From positions 3,534,001 through 3,598,000 of the forward strand of contig OX597837.1 of NCBI GenBank assembly GCA_951406725.2: a stretch of DNA of 64,000 bases, given 5' to 3'. Position 1 is the first letter of the stretch. The number at the start of each line of letters is the position of its first letter. Of the stretch, positions 43,159 to 56,134 are shown piece by piece. Under the pieces are notes generated by a model, which saw nothing but the letters and a program-made list of their open reading frames with translations, was not told the DNA's origin and did not search any database. The DNA comes from Octopus vulgaris. Taxonomy: Eukaryota. The position numbers were made by a program, and so were the translations under genes.

Positions 43159-43461
43159 TGAGACCCCCTTCGGTCATGACTGACCATGGGATTACACTTA
43201 GAAAGTTACCCTCCCAGGCACAAGTCCGGGCAAGGTTATTCATGGAAGACCAGCGGTCGCGCATACATACCAGCCTCCCCTCTCCACGCCGATACAGCTT
43301 GGCACCAGTGACGTCGTAACTCAACTCTACAGCTGAGTAAACTGAAGCAACGTGAAATAAAGTGTCTTGCTCAAGAATACACGCAGCCTGGTCCGGGATT
43401 CGAACTCACAACCTCACGATCTTAAGCTCGACGTTCTAGCCACTAAGCCATGCGCCTCCAC
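43159..43461 (-). mobile_element. SINE group D
   Basis: tRNA-like head (GGTTCGAATCCC-type B box) and tail ...CATGACCGAAGGGGTCTC. Confidence 0.88.
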
Positions 43462-43481
43462 CTATATATATGTATGTATAT

Positions 43482-43515
<34 letters not shown>

Positions 43516-43516
43516 A

Positions 43517-43599
<83 letters not shown>

Positions 43600-43601
<2 letters not shown>

Positions 43602-43747
43602 CCGGTGTAAGCACATAAATGTGAAGCAAGGTAGAAAAAAGAGTACTCAAATACCAGAGGTAGAGTAATATGCTTTATTTAAAAATGTAGCAGAAATATA
43701 ACAAAAGCTGTTACTCAGTATCACGTTCCCGTTCGTCGGACAGTTTT

Positions 43748-43752
<5 letters not shown>
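43600..43752 (-). mobile_element. Penelope-like fragment (12763 family) with a degenerate HHR at 43708-43743
   Basis: minus strand ctgt CCGACGA acg-ggaa-cgt GATA ctgag TA acag. Confidence 0.65.
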
Positions 43753-43817
<65 letters not shown>

Positions 43818-43965
43818 TATATATATATATATATTTATATATATAAAATTATTTAACAATTAAGGATAACTTCTTAATAAGGAATCTTAACAATAAATTA
43901 TCAGGCAGATAGCGTGAAAAACCTCATAAGAGAAAAATTTCGAAAATAATTCTTTCTTATTGAAC

Positions 43966-44401
43966 ATATTAATTTATATATAGAGGGCATTATTATACAT
44001 ACATGCCACACGCTAAGAGGGACATTAGTCATTTCTACCAAAAATTTTACTAATCATACCCAATGCAATTTTTCAAAGCAAGACATTTAAAAAATGAATT
44101 TAGTCTTGTATCACCTGTGATTTCGTACTTACCGCAGTTGCGACCGTACTCATCAGCAAGACTGATTCTGAACATATCATAAATAAACGACCTGTACCGC
44201 CAAAGCCGAACAGCCATCTGTTCCACCCCAACGAAGCACATGGGGAAGTTTACATATAATACATCCGGTAAATGGCAGGGTTCTTCGAATTGCATTTCGC
44301 GTGGAAAAGTTTTTTCGGAATAAAATTTTGGGTAGAAATGACTAATATCCCTCTTAGCGTGTGGCATGTATGTATAATAATGCCCTCTATATATAAATTA
44401 A

Positions 44402-44404
<3 letters not shown>
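43966..44404 (-). mobile_element. Element with 84-bp inverted arms enclosing an HHR
   Basis: arms 43966-44049 and 44321-44404, about 2 mismatches. Confidence 0.75.
44102..44163 (-). ncRNA. Canonical type I hammerhead ribozyme
   Basis: agtcttg CTGATGA gtac-(17 nt)-gtac GAAA tca-cagg-tga TA caagact: all core bases present and three stems pair; predicted cleavage after AUA. Confidence 0.85.
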
Positions 44405-44470
<66 letters not shown>

Positions 44471-44475
<5 letters not shown>

Positions 44476-45050
44476 GTGTGTCTATGGCCTTCTTCAGCCG
44501 CGCACAATTACTACCTCAAGGACATGTATTACATCAAAAATATAAAAATAACCTTATAACTTTATATTCATTTATACGTTTTTATATCTCTTTATGTCTT
44601 TATACTCTATATTTTTATATTTTTCTATCCTTCGTCCTGAATTCTCGCCCCTCCATCTTTATCCCTATTTACTCTTATTACCAGGTTCCTTCACGTCTGT
44701 CTGTATTTATATATGTATATATTCATTTATTTATATTACCTCAACATCCAAGCTTCCTCATTCTACATTGAGAGAAGGACGAGATGGACGCTTCATTTTG
44801 TGCTGTTGCCGCATTATGTCGTACGCGAATGAAAGGATTTGCATCCCCAACGTAGAATTTTTGATGTAATACATGTCCTTGAGGTAGTAATTGTGCGCGG
44901 CTGAAGAAGGCCATAGACACACATTATGCATTGTTATAAATCCGTCTAATAAAGGCCCGAAACATATGTACCGCTGAATCCTTGGCATCATGTTTTTATT
45001 TTGATTAATTTACTCCACCACCTACACCACCAAACGTACTCACCCTGAAT

Positions 45051-45055
<5 letters not shown>
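44471..45055 (+). mobile_element. Penelope-like fragment with a 71-bp perfect inverted segment
   Basis: 44471-44541 is the reverse complement of 44857-44927; (TA)n on both sides. Confidence 0.75.
44897..44974 (+). ncRNA. Type I hammerhead ribozyme with a long loop II
   Basis: gcgg CTGAAGA a-ggcc...ggcc-c GAAA catatg TA ccgc; palindromic stem III ACATATGT. Confidence 0.75.
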
Positions 45056-45097
<42 letters not shown>

Positions 45098-45717
45098 CAT
45101 ATATATTTCATGTTCTTTCTACCAGCCACTTGGTTCTAGATTCAGTCTTTCAACGTGGAACTCTTTAGCAAGTGTCTTCTACTATAGCACTCAAATGCGC
45201 ATGCGCATATATGAAGCAAGATACACATACAGATATACGTATACACATGCATAGATCTATTACTAACAATATATCACAAACACATGTATATATATGCATA
45301 CACGCATGTGTATAAAATACATATACATACACATATGTACATATATGTACACACACACACACCCATACATGCCCGTAAGCCAACACACACATACACCCAC
45401 CCAATTTCATACTGAATAATGTATGTATGTGTGAATTTCCATTTACACATACATACATTATTTAGATTGCCAGTCACCAATATTAAGAAGAATAAAATAA
45501 ATATTGAAAAAATTAACAATTCAAAAATTGCCATCAAGTCAGATGGTAAAAATGTATAAGCAGACGAATATAAGCTAAATGCACAAATTAGCATATACAC
45601 TTCGTATCATAAATACAGAGAATGATATTTGCCCACCTACTCATAGATGGTTGCATGAATAAACCGTTCTCTTCTATTAATACGCCAATTAAACGTCATG
45701 TATTATTCCTATACCAC

Positions 45718-45940
45718 AAGGCGGCGAGCTGGCAGAAACGTTAGCACGCCGGGCGAAATGCCTAGCGGAATTTCGTCTGCCGCTACGTTCTGAGTTCAAA
45801 TTCCGCCGAGGTCCACTTTGCCTTTCATCCTTTCGGAGTCGATTAAATAAGTACCAGTTACGCACTGGGGTCGATGTAATCAACTTAATCCGTTTGTCTG
45901 TCCTTGTTTGTCCCCTCTGTGTTTAGCCCCTTGTGGGTAG
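45718..45940 (+). mobile_element. SINE group B, followed by an older B remnant to about 46070
   Basis: match to the B consensus. Confidence 0.88.
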
Positions 45941-46632
45941 GCATTTGGTCTGTCTTTACATTTTGAGTCGATAAAATAAGTACCAATTGAGATCTGGGAT
46001 CGGTGTAATCGCGACTTACTCATTTCACCGAGCTTACTGGCCTTGTATCAAAATTTGCAAACCAGTATTAACCTGTTTGTTCTAGGAGTGTCAACCACAA
46101 TAAAAATTGGTTTCATCTCAAGCATAGATGCTGCAATAAAAACAGAAGTGTATATACGTGTGTTCGTGTTAGTTTTAGAGTAGCGTAACAAAATGTGACG
46201 ATTATTCTCGCAATAAAACTAAGAACAAAGTGTATGCTGAATAAAATTATTAGATTTTAAATGCAAGTTTATGGTTCTGACCTTTACTGTTATAAGTAGG
46301 TGTTATAAGCGTTTATTTGTTTATGAAGTAGAAGGTAGATTCGAACTGAAGGTGTGGGCTGGTGTGTAATTGTGTTGTGTCTCTGAAAGAGGCAAAGTGT
46401 AATAAAACTCTGTAAAGATAAGTAAGATTAGATTTGGACAATGGAACGAAAGATGTTACACAATATATGTAGATATAATTAATTTATAGGCGTGTGTATG
46501 TTGTCAATGTATATATATATATATATATAGGTGAATGTGATTTTGAGACAAATGCTACTTACATACTAGATTAGGAGCATAAAATGTGGAAGTTGGTAAA
46601 CGTTACTGAGTAAAGTATACGTATTATTTACA

Positions 46633-47036
46633 AGAGTGGCTGAGTGATAAATAGCTTGTTTACCAACCACATGGTTCCGGGTTCAGTCCCACTGCGTGGC
46701 ATCTTGGGCAAGTGTCTTCTGCTATAGCCCCGGGCCGACCAATGCCTTGTGAGTGGATTTGGTAGACGGAAACTGAAAGAAGCCCGTCGTATATATGTAT
46801 ATATATATATGTATGTGTGTGTGTTTGTGTGTCTGTGTTTGTTCCCCTAGCATTGCTTGACAACCGATGCTGGTGTGTTTACGTCCCCGTCACTTAGCGG
46901 TTCGGCAAAAAGAGACCGATAGTATAAGTACTGGGCTTACAAAAAGAATAAGTCCCGGGGTCGAGTTGCTCGACTAAAGGCGGTGCTCCAGCATGGCCGC
47001 AGTCAAATGACTGAAACAAGTAAAAGAGTAAGAGTA
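46633..47036 (+). mobile_element. SINE group A
   Basis: match to the A consensus. Confidence 0.9.
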
Positions 47037-47197
47037 ATGTATGGGTAGAAAAGTAGGCGTAGATATATATGTGTGGTTAGGAAACTGACTTTGCTACAAC
47101 GTGGTATCGGTTCGGTCCTACCACGCAGTACCTCGGGTAAGTTAATTACTTGTAGGGACACCGTATTTCATTATGCAACTATAATATGCAACAATAC

Positions 47198-47520
47198 ATC
47201 AGTGAATAGAGCGTAGAGGTTACGATCGTGACGTTGTGAGTTCGATTCCCGGACCAGGCTGTGTGTTGTGTTCTTGAGCAAGACACTTTATTTCACGTTG
47301 CTCCAGTTAACCCAGCTGTAGAAATGAGTTGTGACATCACTGGGGCCAAGCTGTATCGGCCCCTTTGCCTTTCCCTTGGATAATATCAGTGGTGTGGAGA
47401 GGGGAAGCTGGTATGCATGGGCAACTGTTGGCCTTCCATAAACAACCTTGCCCGGACTTGTGCCTCGGAGGGTAACTTTCTATGTGCAATCCTATGGTCA
47501 TTCATGACCGAAGGGGGTCT
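47198..47520 (+). mobile_element. SINE group D
   Basis: matches the reverse complement of 43159-43461. Confidence 0.88.
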
Positions 47521-47705
47521 ATTTCTATATGAAACACCTTATAAATCAATACTGTGTCTTCCTGTGGTAGCAGTGATATTAAATCATTTTTTAAAGGTTA
47601 TCTCTACAGGTTTTCGATAGAAATTATAGCCAGCCCTGATCTATTATCTTGTTTCGCAACCGAATGACTCTTATGCAAACAATGCGATCGGAGATGGGAA
47701 AATAA

Positions 47706-48005
47706 GTAAGCTAACTTTTTGAACACGCGAGTAAGCTGACCTTTTGAAGATGCAAGTAAGTTAAGCATTTGAATCTGTACGTGAGTGAAGCATTTGAACC
47801 TTCGGGTAAGCCAACCTTTTGATCCTACGACTAAGCTAACCATTTGAACCTGCGTGTAAGCTAACCATTTCAACCTGCAAATAAGCGAAACATTTGAAGC
47901 TGTGAGTAAGTTAACCTTTGGAAGCTGCGAATAAGATGACATTTTGAAGCTGTGAGTAAGCTAATCATTTGAACCTGAATATAAGCTAACCTTTTGAACT
48001 TGCAA
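47706..48005. repeat. 25-bp minisatellite, 12 units
   Basis: consensus approximately GTAAGCTAACCATTTGAACCTGCGA; unit starts at 47706, 47731, ... 47981 with no indels. Confidence 0.92.
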
Positions 48006-48009
48006 GGAT

Positions 48010-48740
48010 TTATTTTCGTAAAAAGAATGAACTTTAATCGATTATATATCTTTCCATTTTATTCCATGACCTTTTGCCATATTTCTGGCAACTTCATGAT
48101 TCCGCGCTCAGCCAAAAACCGAATCAAGTGGGATTTCAAGCCATCGTCATTATTGAACGTTTTACAATTTAAAGAATTTTGCAAACTTCGAAATAAACGA
48201 TATTCTGATGGTGCCAGTTTGGTGCCATATGGTGGATGTGACATCACTTTCCAACCAAACTCCAATAACCTTTCACGAGTTAGCAAATACGTGCGTGGTT
48301 TGGCGTTGCCATGGTGGAACACGATTCCTTTACGATTCGCCAAATCTGGCCGTTTTTCTTTGACTGCTGCCTTACGTTTCATTAGTTGTTGGCAGTAAAC
48401 ATCAGAATTGAACGTTTGGTTCCTTGGAAGCAACCCAAAATACACAGTACCTTAGTAATCCCGCCATATTGATAGCATGAACTTTATTTTTATGCAATTC
48501 AGTTTTCGATGTAGTTTGTGCTGGTTCATTACACTTGAACTATGATCGTTTTCGATTGATGTTATTGTAGCCAATCCATTTTCCACCACCAGTGATGTTT
48601 CGTTTCAAAAGAAAAGGACGATTTCATTGCGTTTGAGATGCTTATCACAAATAATGATTCGTCGCGTTACGTGAATCTCTTTCAATTTATGCGGAACCCA
48701 AAAATCGAGCTTCTTAGTAAATCCAGAACATGTTAAGTGT
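48010..48740 (-). mobile_element. Decayed mariner transposase (catalytic domain)
   Basis: WVPHKL; ITGGGKW (cf. VTGDEKW); FHHGNAKP (cf. HDNARP); HPPYGTKLAPSEY (cf. YSPDLAPSDY). Confidence 0.9.
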
Positions 48741-48769
48741 TTATCAATTGTTGTGTGTGATACACGTAA

Positions 48770-48822
<53 letters not shown>

Positions 48823-48825
<3 letters not shown>

Positions 48826-48954
48826 GGAGAGTTTACGAAAAAAACAAAAGACGAAAACAGGTGGTGTACAAAACAATCATGTATTAGTATAACACTCAGG
48901 AATAGAAAAAGTCTTTTACGTTTCGAGCCTACGCTTTTCAACAGAAAGGGACAC

Positions 48955-48958
<4 letters not shown>
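48823..48958 (-). mobile_element. Penelope-like fragment (18495 family) with a variant HHR at 48913-48948
   Basis: minus strand cttt CTGTTGA A aagc-gtag-gctc GAAA cg TA aaag. Confidence 0.65.
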
Positions 48959-49027
<69 letters not shown>

Positions 49028-49392
49028 TCTTTTATTCGTTTACTTGTGTCAGTCATTTGACAGGATGTGTTGGAGCACTGCCTTTTAGTCGAAGAAATCG
49101 AACTCAGGACTTATTCTTTGTAAGCTTGGTACTTATTTTATCGATTTCTGTTGCTGAACCGCCTGGTTATGGGGACATAAACACCCCCAACATCGGTTGT
49201 CAAGCGACGGTGAGGAGACAAACATAGATACAAAGACACACATATAAATATATACATATGTATACAAACGGCTTCTTTTCAGTTTCCGTCTACCAAATCC
49301 ACTCACAAGGCTTTGGTCGACCTGAGGCTATAGTAGAAGACACTTGACCAAAGGTGCCATGCGTTGGGTCTGAACCCAGAACCATGTGGTTG
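49028..49392 (-). mobile_element. SINE group A (older)
   Basis: diverged match. Confidence 0.8.
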
Positions 49393-50048
49393 TATGTACA
49401 CACACACAAACACGCAAAAATACACGCACACACACACACACACACACACACGCGCGCGTTATCCTTTGGATTCACGCTGTTCTGCGTGAAATTTATAAAT
49501 TATATTTGATGTAAGCTTCTACAGTTAATAGCGTGAAGTGTGATTTAACGACGATTCCGCTGTTATCTCAAGCACATTCAGAGATCATATGAAGGCTATC
49601 ATATTTGCTCGTCGTTGGTACAAATTTATTGACCCCCAGAGGAAAAGAATGACATAGAAGCACAATGGATGGACCCAGTGAAGTTTGAAATTACGGAATT
49701 AAGAAAGGTCGAAATAAAAGAAAGATAAAAAAAATATTATCTTGTGCAAATATTTAACTTAAACATAATTTTTTTTCCTACAGTTTCATTCTCATGTATA
49801 TTTGTATCAGCAGCTGCAACGACAACGACAACAACAATAGAACAAAAATAACAATGAAACCTTCTACAACAACAACAAGAGAAAACAATAAACAGTTCAG
49901 CTTGGTCGTAACCCGGTGAGATTTTAAAATATGAAATAAATGATATCGAAATTAAATTATATAAACTAGCCAGTAAAGAGTAGCATTACTCCTAATTCCC
50001 AGCAATGACAACACCACCTTTTGAGGACAAGAAGAATTCAAAGTCTTA

Positions 50049-50078
50049 CTAATAATAATAATAATAATAATAATCATA

Positions 50079-50113
<35 letters not shown>

Positions 50114-50395
50114 AATAACAACAACAACAACAATAATCAAAATGAATAATGACAAAAGAGTAATGAACAATGAATGACTAGAGTATACAACTGAATATAG
50201 AATAGAGTTATTCAGTTATAAATACAATTATATTGAAGAGTGTCACGAAAAAGAAAAACAAATACAACAACAACAATAATAATAATAGTGATAAAAATAA
50301 TGAAATATTAATAACAATAAAAATAGAAATAAAACGAAACTAAACTAATAATAATAATGATAATAATAATAGTAGTAGTAGTAGTAACGAAAATA

Positions 50396-50436
<41 letters not shown>

Positions 50437-50481
50437 CAACAACAATAATAATAATAATAATAATAATAAGAGGAAGAAAAA

Positions 50482-50559
<78 letters not shown>

Positions 50560-50590
50560 GAAGAAGAAGAAGAAGAAGAAGAAGAAAAAT
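50049..50590. repeat. (AAT)n/(AAC)n/(AAG)n trinucleotide tracts
   Basis: directly visible. Confidence 0.95.
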
Positions 50591-50964
50591 GATAAGAATA
50601 CAATTACTGTATAGAAATTATTGTTATGTTTCCAGCAATAAAAATGTCACAAAATTTATTTGGTAGTGCCAAAGTTTTAGTTAAACTGTCTCGGCTCCCG
50701 TATCTTATCGGATATAAATTTATAAATTTAATTGTTTAATTTAATTTATACAGAGTTTTAAAGCTAACATTATACACATACACACATACACACACGCATA
50801 TGTTGAGAGAGATAGATAGTGTCTAAAAGACAGAGACGGAGAGGGAGACAAGGAAGGAAGGAGAGAAGGAGAGAGGGAGAGAGTGAAAATAAAGATTCCA
50901 CGATATGTATATATATATTTTTATATAAGAACATATATATCATTTATGTATATACATATATGTA

Positions 50965-51004
<40 letters not shown>

Positions 51005-51170
51005 GTATACACACACATATACATGTATATATATATACACATCAATCTATCTGTATAGATATACGGAGACATAGTTACATATATTCATATGTACATACAT
51101 GCATATATGCAAGCATTTATATTCATATACATGAATATATGTGTATATATATGTATATATATATATAGGT

Positions 51171-51203
<33 letters not shown>

Positions 51204-51252
51204 CATATATGTATATATATATATACATATATACATATACTCATGCAAATAC

Positions 51253-51290
<38 letters not shown>

Positions 51291-51393
51291 TACCTATAAT
51301 TATATATGTATGTATATATGTATACACATTCATATATTTATATATAGATATATATATATATATACTTACAAATACACATATATAAATATATTC

Positions 51394-51463
<70 letters not shown>

Positions 51464-51896
51464 AAAGAACTACAAACAGGATTTCTCTCTCTCTATCACG
51501 CCTATGAACAAAACCATAGAAACTTTATATAATTATCGAAAGTATCTACAGACAGATCAACACTCACCTCTGATTTGTTATTTAAGCATAATATTATATT
51601 TTAAATAATTCTGTATAATACTATATTGCTTCCTTCAATGCAATTGTCTAGACCTTTGTTCTGTTGTTGAAACGGAAATTACATTTTGTTCTTTCCCCGA
51701 AGTAATTCTAAGATGGCGTCCATCACACACTCATACACACACGCACACCCAAACACACACGCACACATACACATAGACATATACACACATACTCGACAAA
51801 AAAATAATAGAATAGATTCAGTGTTGACAACATAAATTGACACAAAACTTTTGGTAAAAACTTAACACAAGTTGCTAAAGTCCTATATAAAGTTAG

Positions 51897-51952
<56 letters not shown>

Positions 51953-51956
<4 letters not shown>

Positions 51957-52220
51957 TTATAAGGATGAAAAGGAACACACGAGTTGATATATATGGAAAA
52001 GAAGATAGAAAATGCTAAAATAATTTTATAAAAAACATTTCAGTACCGGTTTCAGTCATTGAGACTTTTTCAACTGTAACAATTAAACAATGAAATTTAG
52101 ACAAATTAAAAGAAAAGATTTTTTAAAAGAATATTTGTATAGTGTTCAAATATAAGTGGCATTTACCTGTTTCTGCCTGTCTCCGTCTCTCTTGTTTAGT
52201 CTTGTGGGTTCGAGGTCGTT
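51953..52220 (-). mobile_element. Penelope-like fragment with a degenerate HHR at 52041-52076
   Basis: minus strand cag TTGAAAA agtc-tcaat-gact GAAA ccgg TA ctg; first ~63 bp recur at 53073-53135. Confidence 0.55.
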
Positions 52221-52271
52221 ATATATATGTATATATATACATATGTATATGTATATGTATATATATTTGTA

Positions 52272-52326
<55 letters not shown>

Positions 52327-52338
52327 AAATATATATAT

Positions 52339-52369
<31 letters not shown>

Positions 52370-52372
<3 letters not shown>

Positions 52373-52611
52373 TTTTATTCGTTTACTTGTTTCAGTCATT
52401 TGACTGCGGCCAAGCTGTAGCACCGCCTTTAGTGTAACAAATCGAATCCAGGCCTTATTCTTTTCAAGCCTAGAAGTTATTTTATCGGTCTCATTTGTGA
52501 GCCGCAAAGTTACGGGGGAGGTAAACACATCAACATCGATTGTCAAGCGATGGTGGGAGGACAAACATAGACACACAAATACTCACACATACACACATAC
52601 ACACACACACG

Positions 52612-52646
<35 letters not shown>

Positions 52647-52725
52647 CGGCGAGCTTCTTTCAGTTTCTACCTACCAAATCCACTCACAAGAATTTGGTCA
52701 GCCCCAAGGTTATAGTGGAAGGAAC
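52370..52725 (-). mobile_element. SINE group A (head missing)
   Basis: diverged match. Confidence 0.8.
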
Positions 52726-52781
52726 TTTCCGACAGTTGAACATTACAACAACAATAAAAAAAAAAAAATATATATATGTCT

Positions 52782-53060
52782 ATCACGCGACCGACCAGAC
52801 CATCAGATGTTGTTACACATCGCTGATCACAATGCGTTCGCATTGTTTTAGCCTTCGAATAACGCCACCCCGCTGGCTAAGCGAGCAGGCCAACAGAAGA
52901 AAGAGTGGGAAAAGAGTACAGCAGAGTACAGCCGGAGCCTCGAGAAGCTTTTAGGTGTTTTCGCTCAATAAACACTCACAACGCCCGGTCTGGGAATCGA
53001 AACCGCGATTCTACGACCGCGAGTCCGCTGCCCTAACCACTGGGCCATTGCGACCCCACA
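52782..53060 (-). mobile_element. SINE group C, tail i
   Basis: reverse complement of 40835-41148 with internal deletions. Confidence 0.88.
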
Positions 53061-53133
53061 TATATATTTATATATTTATAAGGATGAAGAGGAACACATG
53101 AGTTGATATATATGGAAAAAAAGATAGAAAATG

Positions 53134-53180
<47 letters not shown>

Positions 53181-53183
<3 letters not shown>

Positions 53184-53566
53184 CGCAGGAGTGGCTGTGT
53201 GGTACCAACTACATGGTTCCGGGTTCAGTCCCACTGCGTGGCACCTTGGGCAAGTGTCTTCTACTATAGCCTCGGGCCGACCGAAGCCTTGTGAGTGGAT
53301 TTGGTAGACGGAAACTGAAAGAAGCCCGTCGTATATATGTATATATATATGTGTATGTATATGTGTGTGTGTATGTTTGTGTGTCTGTGTTTGTCCGATG
53401 CTGATGTGTTTACGTCCCCGTTACTTAGCGGTTCGGTAAAAGTGACCGATAGAATAAGTACTAGGCTTACAAAGAATAAGTCCTGGGATTGATTTTCTCG
53501 ACTGAAGGCGGTGCTCCAGCATGGCCACAGTCAAATGACTGAAACGAGTAAAAGAGTAAAAAGAGA
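53181..53566 (+). mobile_element. SINE group A
   Basis: match to the A consensus. Confidence 0.9.
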
Positions 53567-53811
53567 TAGTATACATATACACATGTACACATACACACAC
53601 ACACACACACACACATAAACGGATACATGCACACGCATATATTTGTGCGTGTGTATATGTATTTATGGACTTCTGTGTATGTGTATATTTAGACATACAT
53701 TCCTTAAAGGATGAGTATATTTTCTGTTCGTGCTTATGGCTGCATGTAGACATATTTGCATTTGTATATCTGTATATAAGGATGTTTATGTTTCTGTGTG
53801 TATGTGTGGAG

Positions 53812-53852
<41 letters not shown>

Positions 53853-53856
53853 TGTG

Positions 53857-53907
<51 letters not shown>

Positions 53908-54132
53908 ATGTGTGTGTGTGTTCATATGCATTAATATATATATATATATATATATACACATACATCTATATGTATTTACGAGAACAAAAATTTTTACACA
54001 CACACACATACACACACACACACGTATATATATGTTATATATATTTATATTTTATTATATATATATGTGTTTTATATATACATACATATATATATATATA
54101 ATTACATATACATATACATACATAATACATAC

Positions 54133-54208
<76 letters not shown>

Positions 54209-54679
54209 CCACACATTTTATGCACCTCTGCCAGCTATGAATAGTATTAGTTTTTATCAATTTCATTTTGCTATGAGCTAATGCAAAGTCTTGTGAGTGG
54301 CATAATTCACCGCTATCAGCGTCTTAGCTCTGTACAAAGTAGTATATCTTAATTTTAACTCGTCCAAATTACCGATTCACTTTCTTCCCCCACCCCCTGT
54401 AACTTCCCACCATTAATTCGCCTCCATGTTATGCCTCAATTATAATAATTTGCTGTTTTACATATTTACATGCTCTTCACAATTTTAACTATCATTTTAG
54501 GAAGCTTATACAATTTTAACAATTTATTTTAGCTGCCGATACGAACTGCATGGAGTGAGATTTGCAAGTAATGAGTTTGAAATGGTTATTGACTATAAGA
54601 AAAGCTGATCTGTGAGATCTGGTTCTACCGTTGCCGTTTCCATAGAGTAAATATCAATTTATTTTTTATCGATTTATTT

Positions 54680-55060
54680 TTTCAAAGGATTGCGGCCATG
54701 CTGCAGCACCGCCTTAACATATTTAATCGAGCAAATTTGCCTCAGCGTTTGTTTTATTTTAAAGCCTGGTTCTTACTGTATCGGTGTCTTTTGCCGAATG
54801 GCCAAATTGCGGGAATGTAAACGGTGGTTGGGAACAGACACGAAACACACACACACGCATACACACAAACACAGACACACATACCCACATGCTAGCGTAC
54901 ACAGACATTTATATATACGACAGGCTTCTTTCAGTTTCCGTCTACCAAATCCGATCAAAGGACTTTGGTTGGTCTGGGGTTATTGCAGAAGACACTTGCA
55001 CAGTGGGACTGAACCCCAGACCATATATTTGTGAAGCAAGTTTCTTGCCATGCATCCATG
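54680..55060 (-). mobile_element. SINE group A (old)
   Basis: diverged match. Confidence 0.75.
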
Positions 55061-55097
55061 CTTATAACTAATTAACTTTTTAGATTATTTATTTCCG

Positions 55098-55269
55098 GCT
55101 GTGTGGTAAGTAGCTTGTTTACCAGCCACATAGTTCCGGTTTCAGTCCCACCTCATGGCACCTTTGGCAAGTGTCTTCTACTATAGCCTCGAGCCGACCA
55201 AAGCCTTGTGAGTGGATTTGGTAGACGGAAACTGAAAGAAGCCCGTCGTATATATGTATATACATACAT

Positions 55270-55332
<63 letters not shown>

Positions 55333-55339
55333 CATATAC

Positions 55340-55397
<58 letters not shown>

Positions 55398-55640
55398 GTG
55401 TGCGTGCGTGTGTATGTTTGTGTGTCTGTGTTTGTCCCCCTAACATCGTTTGACAACTGATGGTGGTATGTTTACGTTCCCGTAACTTAGCGGTTCGGCA
55501 AAAGAAACCGATAGAATAAGTACTAGGCTTACAAAGAATAAGTCCTGGGGTGGGTCGATTTGCTCGACTAAAGGCGGTACTCCAGCATGGTCGCAGTCAA
55601 ATGACTGAAACAAGTAAAAGAGTAAAAAAAAAAGAGTAAA
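55098..55640 (+). mobile_element. SINE group A with an expanded internal microsatellite
   Basis: match to the A consensus. Confidence 0.9.
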
Positions 55641-55879
55641 ACTATAAGTTTAATAATCAAATTTATTAATATTAATTATTTCCAAAACATGCAAAATTTC
55701 TTTTATTCTCAGGACTGAATAAATCTCAGCGGAAAAAGAAAATCCGACAGTATCTTAGAATTGATTGTGTCTGACCCAGAACGGCTAAAAGTTGGAGAGA
55801 AGGAAATTTCTGATTGAGGAAGGCAGCGAGAAATAATGCGTGCATGTCTGCATAACGTTAATATTAACGTTATTGATTC

Positions 55880-56083
55880 CATAATTTGGTACAAAGCCAG
55901 TAATTTCAAGTGAGGGAATAAATCGACTTCATTGATCCCAGACTCAACTGTTGCTTATTTTATGGACGCTGAAAGGATGAAAGTGAAAGTAGACCTTGTG
56001 GGGAACTTAAAACGTAAGCAGCAAAGAAATGCTGCTAAGTATTCTTCCCGGCGTGCTAACGATTCCACCAGCTCGCCGCCTTA
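55880..56083 (-). mobile_element. SINE group B (old)
   Basis: ends CCAGCTCGCCGCCTT, the reverse complement of the B head. Confidence 0.75.
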
Positions 56084-56134
56084 AATATCCAGATAACATT
56101 AGTTTCACATTTTGGTACAAGGGCAGCAAGTTGA

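Noticed and set aside
47706-48005. Possible CRISPR array
   Set aside because: Units are contiguous with no unique spacers, there are no cas genes, and the context is eukaryotic
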